From positions 1-64,000 of the forward strand of contig NIVC01003328.1 in the NCBI GenBank assembly GCA_002269645.1: DNA of 64,000 nt, written 5' to 3'. Below, piece by piece: positions 62,582 to 64,000 of the stretch (position 1 is the stretch's first letter; each line of letters opens with the position of its first letter). The notes beneath the pieces were generated by a model. That model searched no databases. It was not told where the DNA came from and saw only the letters and a program-made list of their open reading frames with translations. A program made the position numbers and the translations under genes. Origin of the DNA: Macrostomum lignano. Its lineage: Eukaryota.

Positions 62582-64000
62582 GTACAAGATGAACGTACAT
62601 GTAATTAATTAATGGCGCGTCAATTGTACAGTAATTATAATTAATGAAAAAGATTTTGCAACTTGTGACAGCGCGATGAATTGTATGCTATATATACCCC
62701 GGGTAGCATTTTGACAACAATTTGCGGTTGCGTTGACGTCGCAAAAATTACCTTCGCAAATCTATTCACCCCAGCCCGTCTTCGTTGATATTTTAGTTTA
62801 TTTTTGCATAATTAGATGCCAGAGTCAATATGCATTTATAGTCATCATTTTGCTAGCTCAATTATACCTGTAAAATAGCAAAGAAGTAACGTAAAATATT
62901 CGTTGTAAAGTAGGTTGAAAAATCAACGTCAAACTTTAGTCATTATGGGGTGCGTTCGAGTGACTTAAAATGACTTAAACTGCCATTTTAACGTCCTTAG
63001 TAAAACAAATGTTAAGCAGACTAAATGTAAAAATAATCTAGGTAAATGATAGTCAAATTACAATTAAGAATTAATACAATTTCTAAAACCGGTCTAAGAT
63101 TAAAAAACGTCGCCTATACTTCTTCCAACTCAACCTGAACGCCTAGGCACCGTTTTAACTTCGCTCGCAATTACCACATTTAATCGTAATTTAATATTTT
63201 GTATTCTTCACCTTTGTTCTATCATTTGCTTTCACGTCCTTTTGCTCAGTTCGCTGCCCGTCATTATAGTCTTTGAATAATTGCTTAGTACTAATATTGT
63301 TTATTTATTAATTGTTATTACGTAGTAGTTTATTTGGACTTGGAATATAGTCACTATTTCAGCTTGGTTCTTATTCTTCAATATAGTATCTGAGTGAACT
63401 TCATGTTATAGTTTTGTCTTTCTATTTATTCTATAGTATTGTATCTATAGTATAGTATTGTATATTGTATTCTATAATATAGTATCTATAGATAGATATC
63501 TATGAGTTGTTGTCTCAACATCTTTCAGTGTTAGCCTCAGCAATCCATTATCTTGCGTTGCAGTTGCTGGGTGTATGCAAGCAGGATATATTCAACTACA
63601 TGTACGAAGGGGCAGCATCTATATAGCAGCATCTACTCAGATAATCTATATAGTAGTCATTTCAGAAACAAAAAGTTGCCTACCTCCGACCAAATACTGC
63701 AGGGCGGTGTCGTAATTAGTCGACTCCACAAGAAGCCTACACAATTGTCCACCATTTTTCTATGAAAACATCAAATACAGGCATTGTTATCCAGCGGTGT
63801 AGATTAACACTACTTGCAAAAAATGAGTATATGCAACAAGAGAAACTGTAAACAAATTTACAGAGATTGGCACAAAATACAAAAAATATATGAAACTTAT
63901 TGATGCAGAGGTATATTTGAAAGAAATGTTTTTTTTGGTTTATATAAGTTGACTGTGATGAATAAAGATAATAAATAAGGAGCTCATTACTATATTCAAA

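Overview
Eukaryotic (metazoan, intron-containing) genomic DNA. Codon usage, minisatellite-filled introns and the LINE remnant are reminiscent of a free-living flatworm such as Macrostomum (inference from memory, not verified). Host genes in order: 5' half of a prostanoid (EP4-like) GPCR (-), PTH2/PTRH2 (-), ANP32 family (-, exon 2 interrupted by a 268-bp insert with a 15-bp target-site duplication), Rh-type ammonium transporter (+), BarH-like homeobox (-), serine hydroxymethyltransferase (+) and a ubiquitin-like-domain orphan (-). The main accessory feature is a very young 10.1-kb Ty3/Gypsy LTR retrotransposon (11928-22044; near-identical LTRs, CTAC TSD, tRNA-Leu-like PBS, -1 frameshift signal). 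It has unusual cargo: a ~235-aa disordered RNaseH-integrase linker with KKVRF and basic motifs, a 10-copy 41-bp hairpin array after pol, a third non-env ORF (248 aa) sharing an ARRGRPA AT-hook-like peptide with the integrase, and a GC hairpin where the polypurine tract should be. Also present: several TIR elements/MITEs with readable TSDs, a 6.4-kb 17-bp satellite with higher-order structure, and many minisatellites. Four single-base frameshifts in otherwise well-conserved ORFs fall in short homopolymers and look like long-read consensus errors. No tRNA, rRNA or CRISPR array was supportable. All coordinates and translations beyond the supplied ORF track were read by hand.
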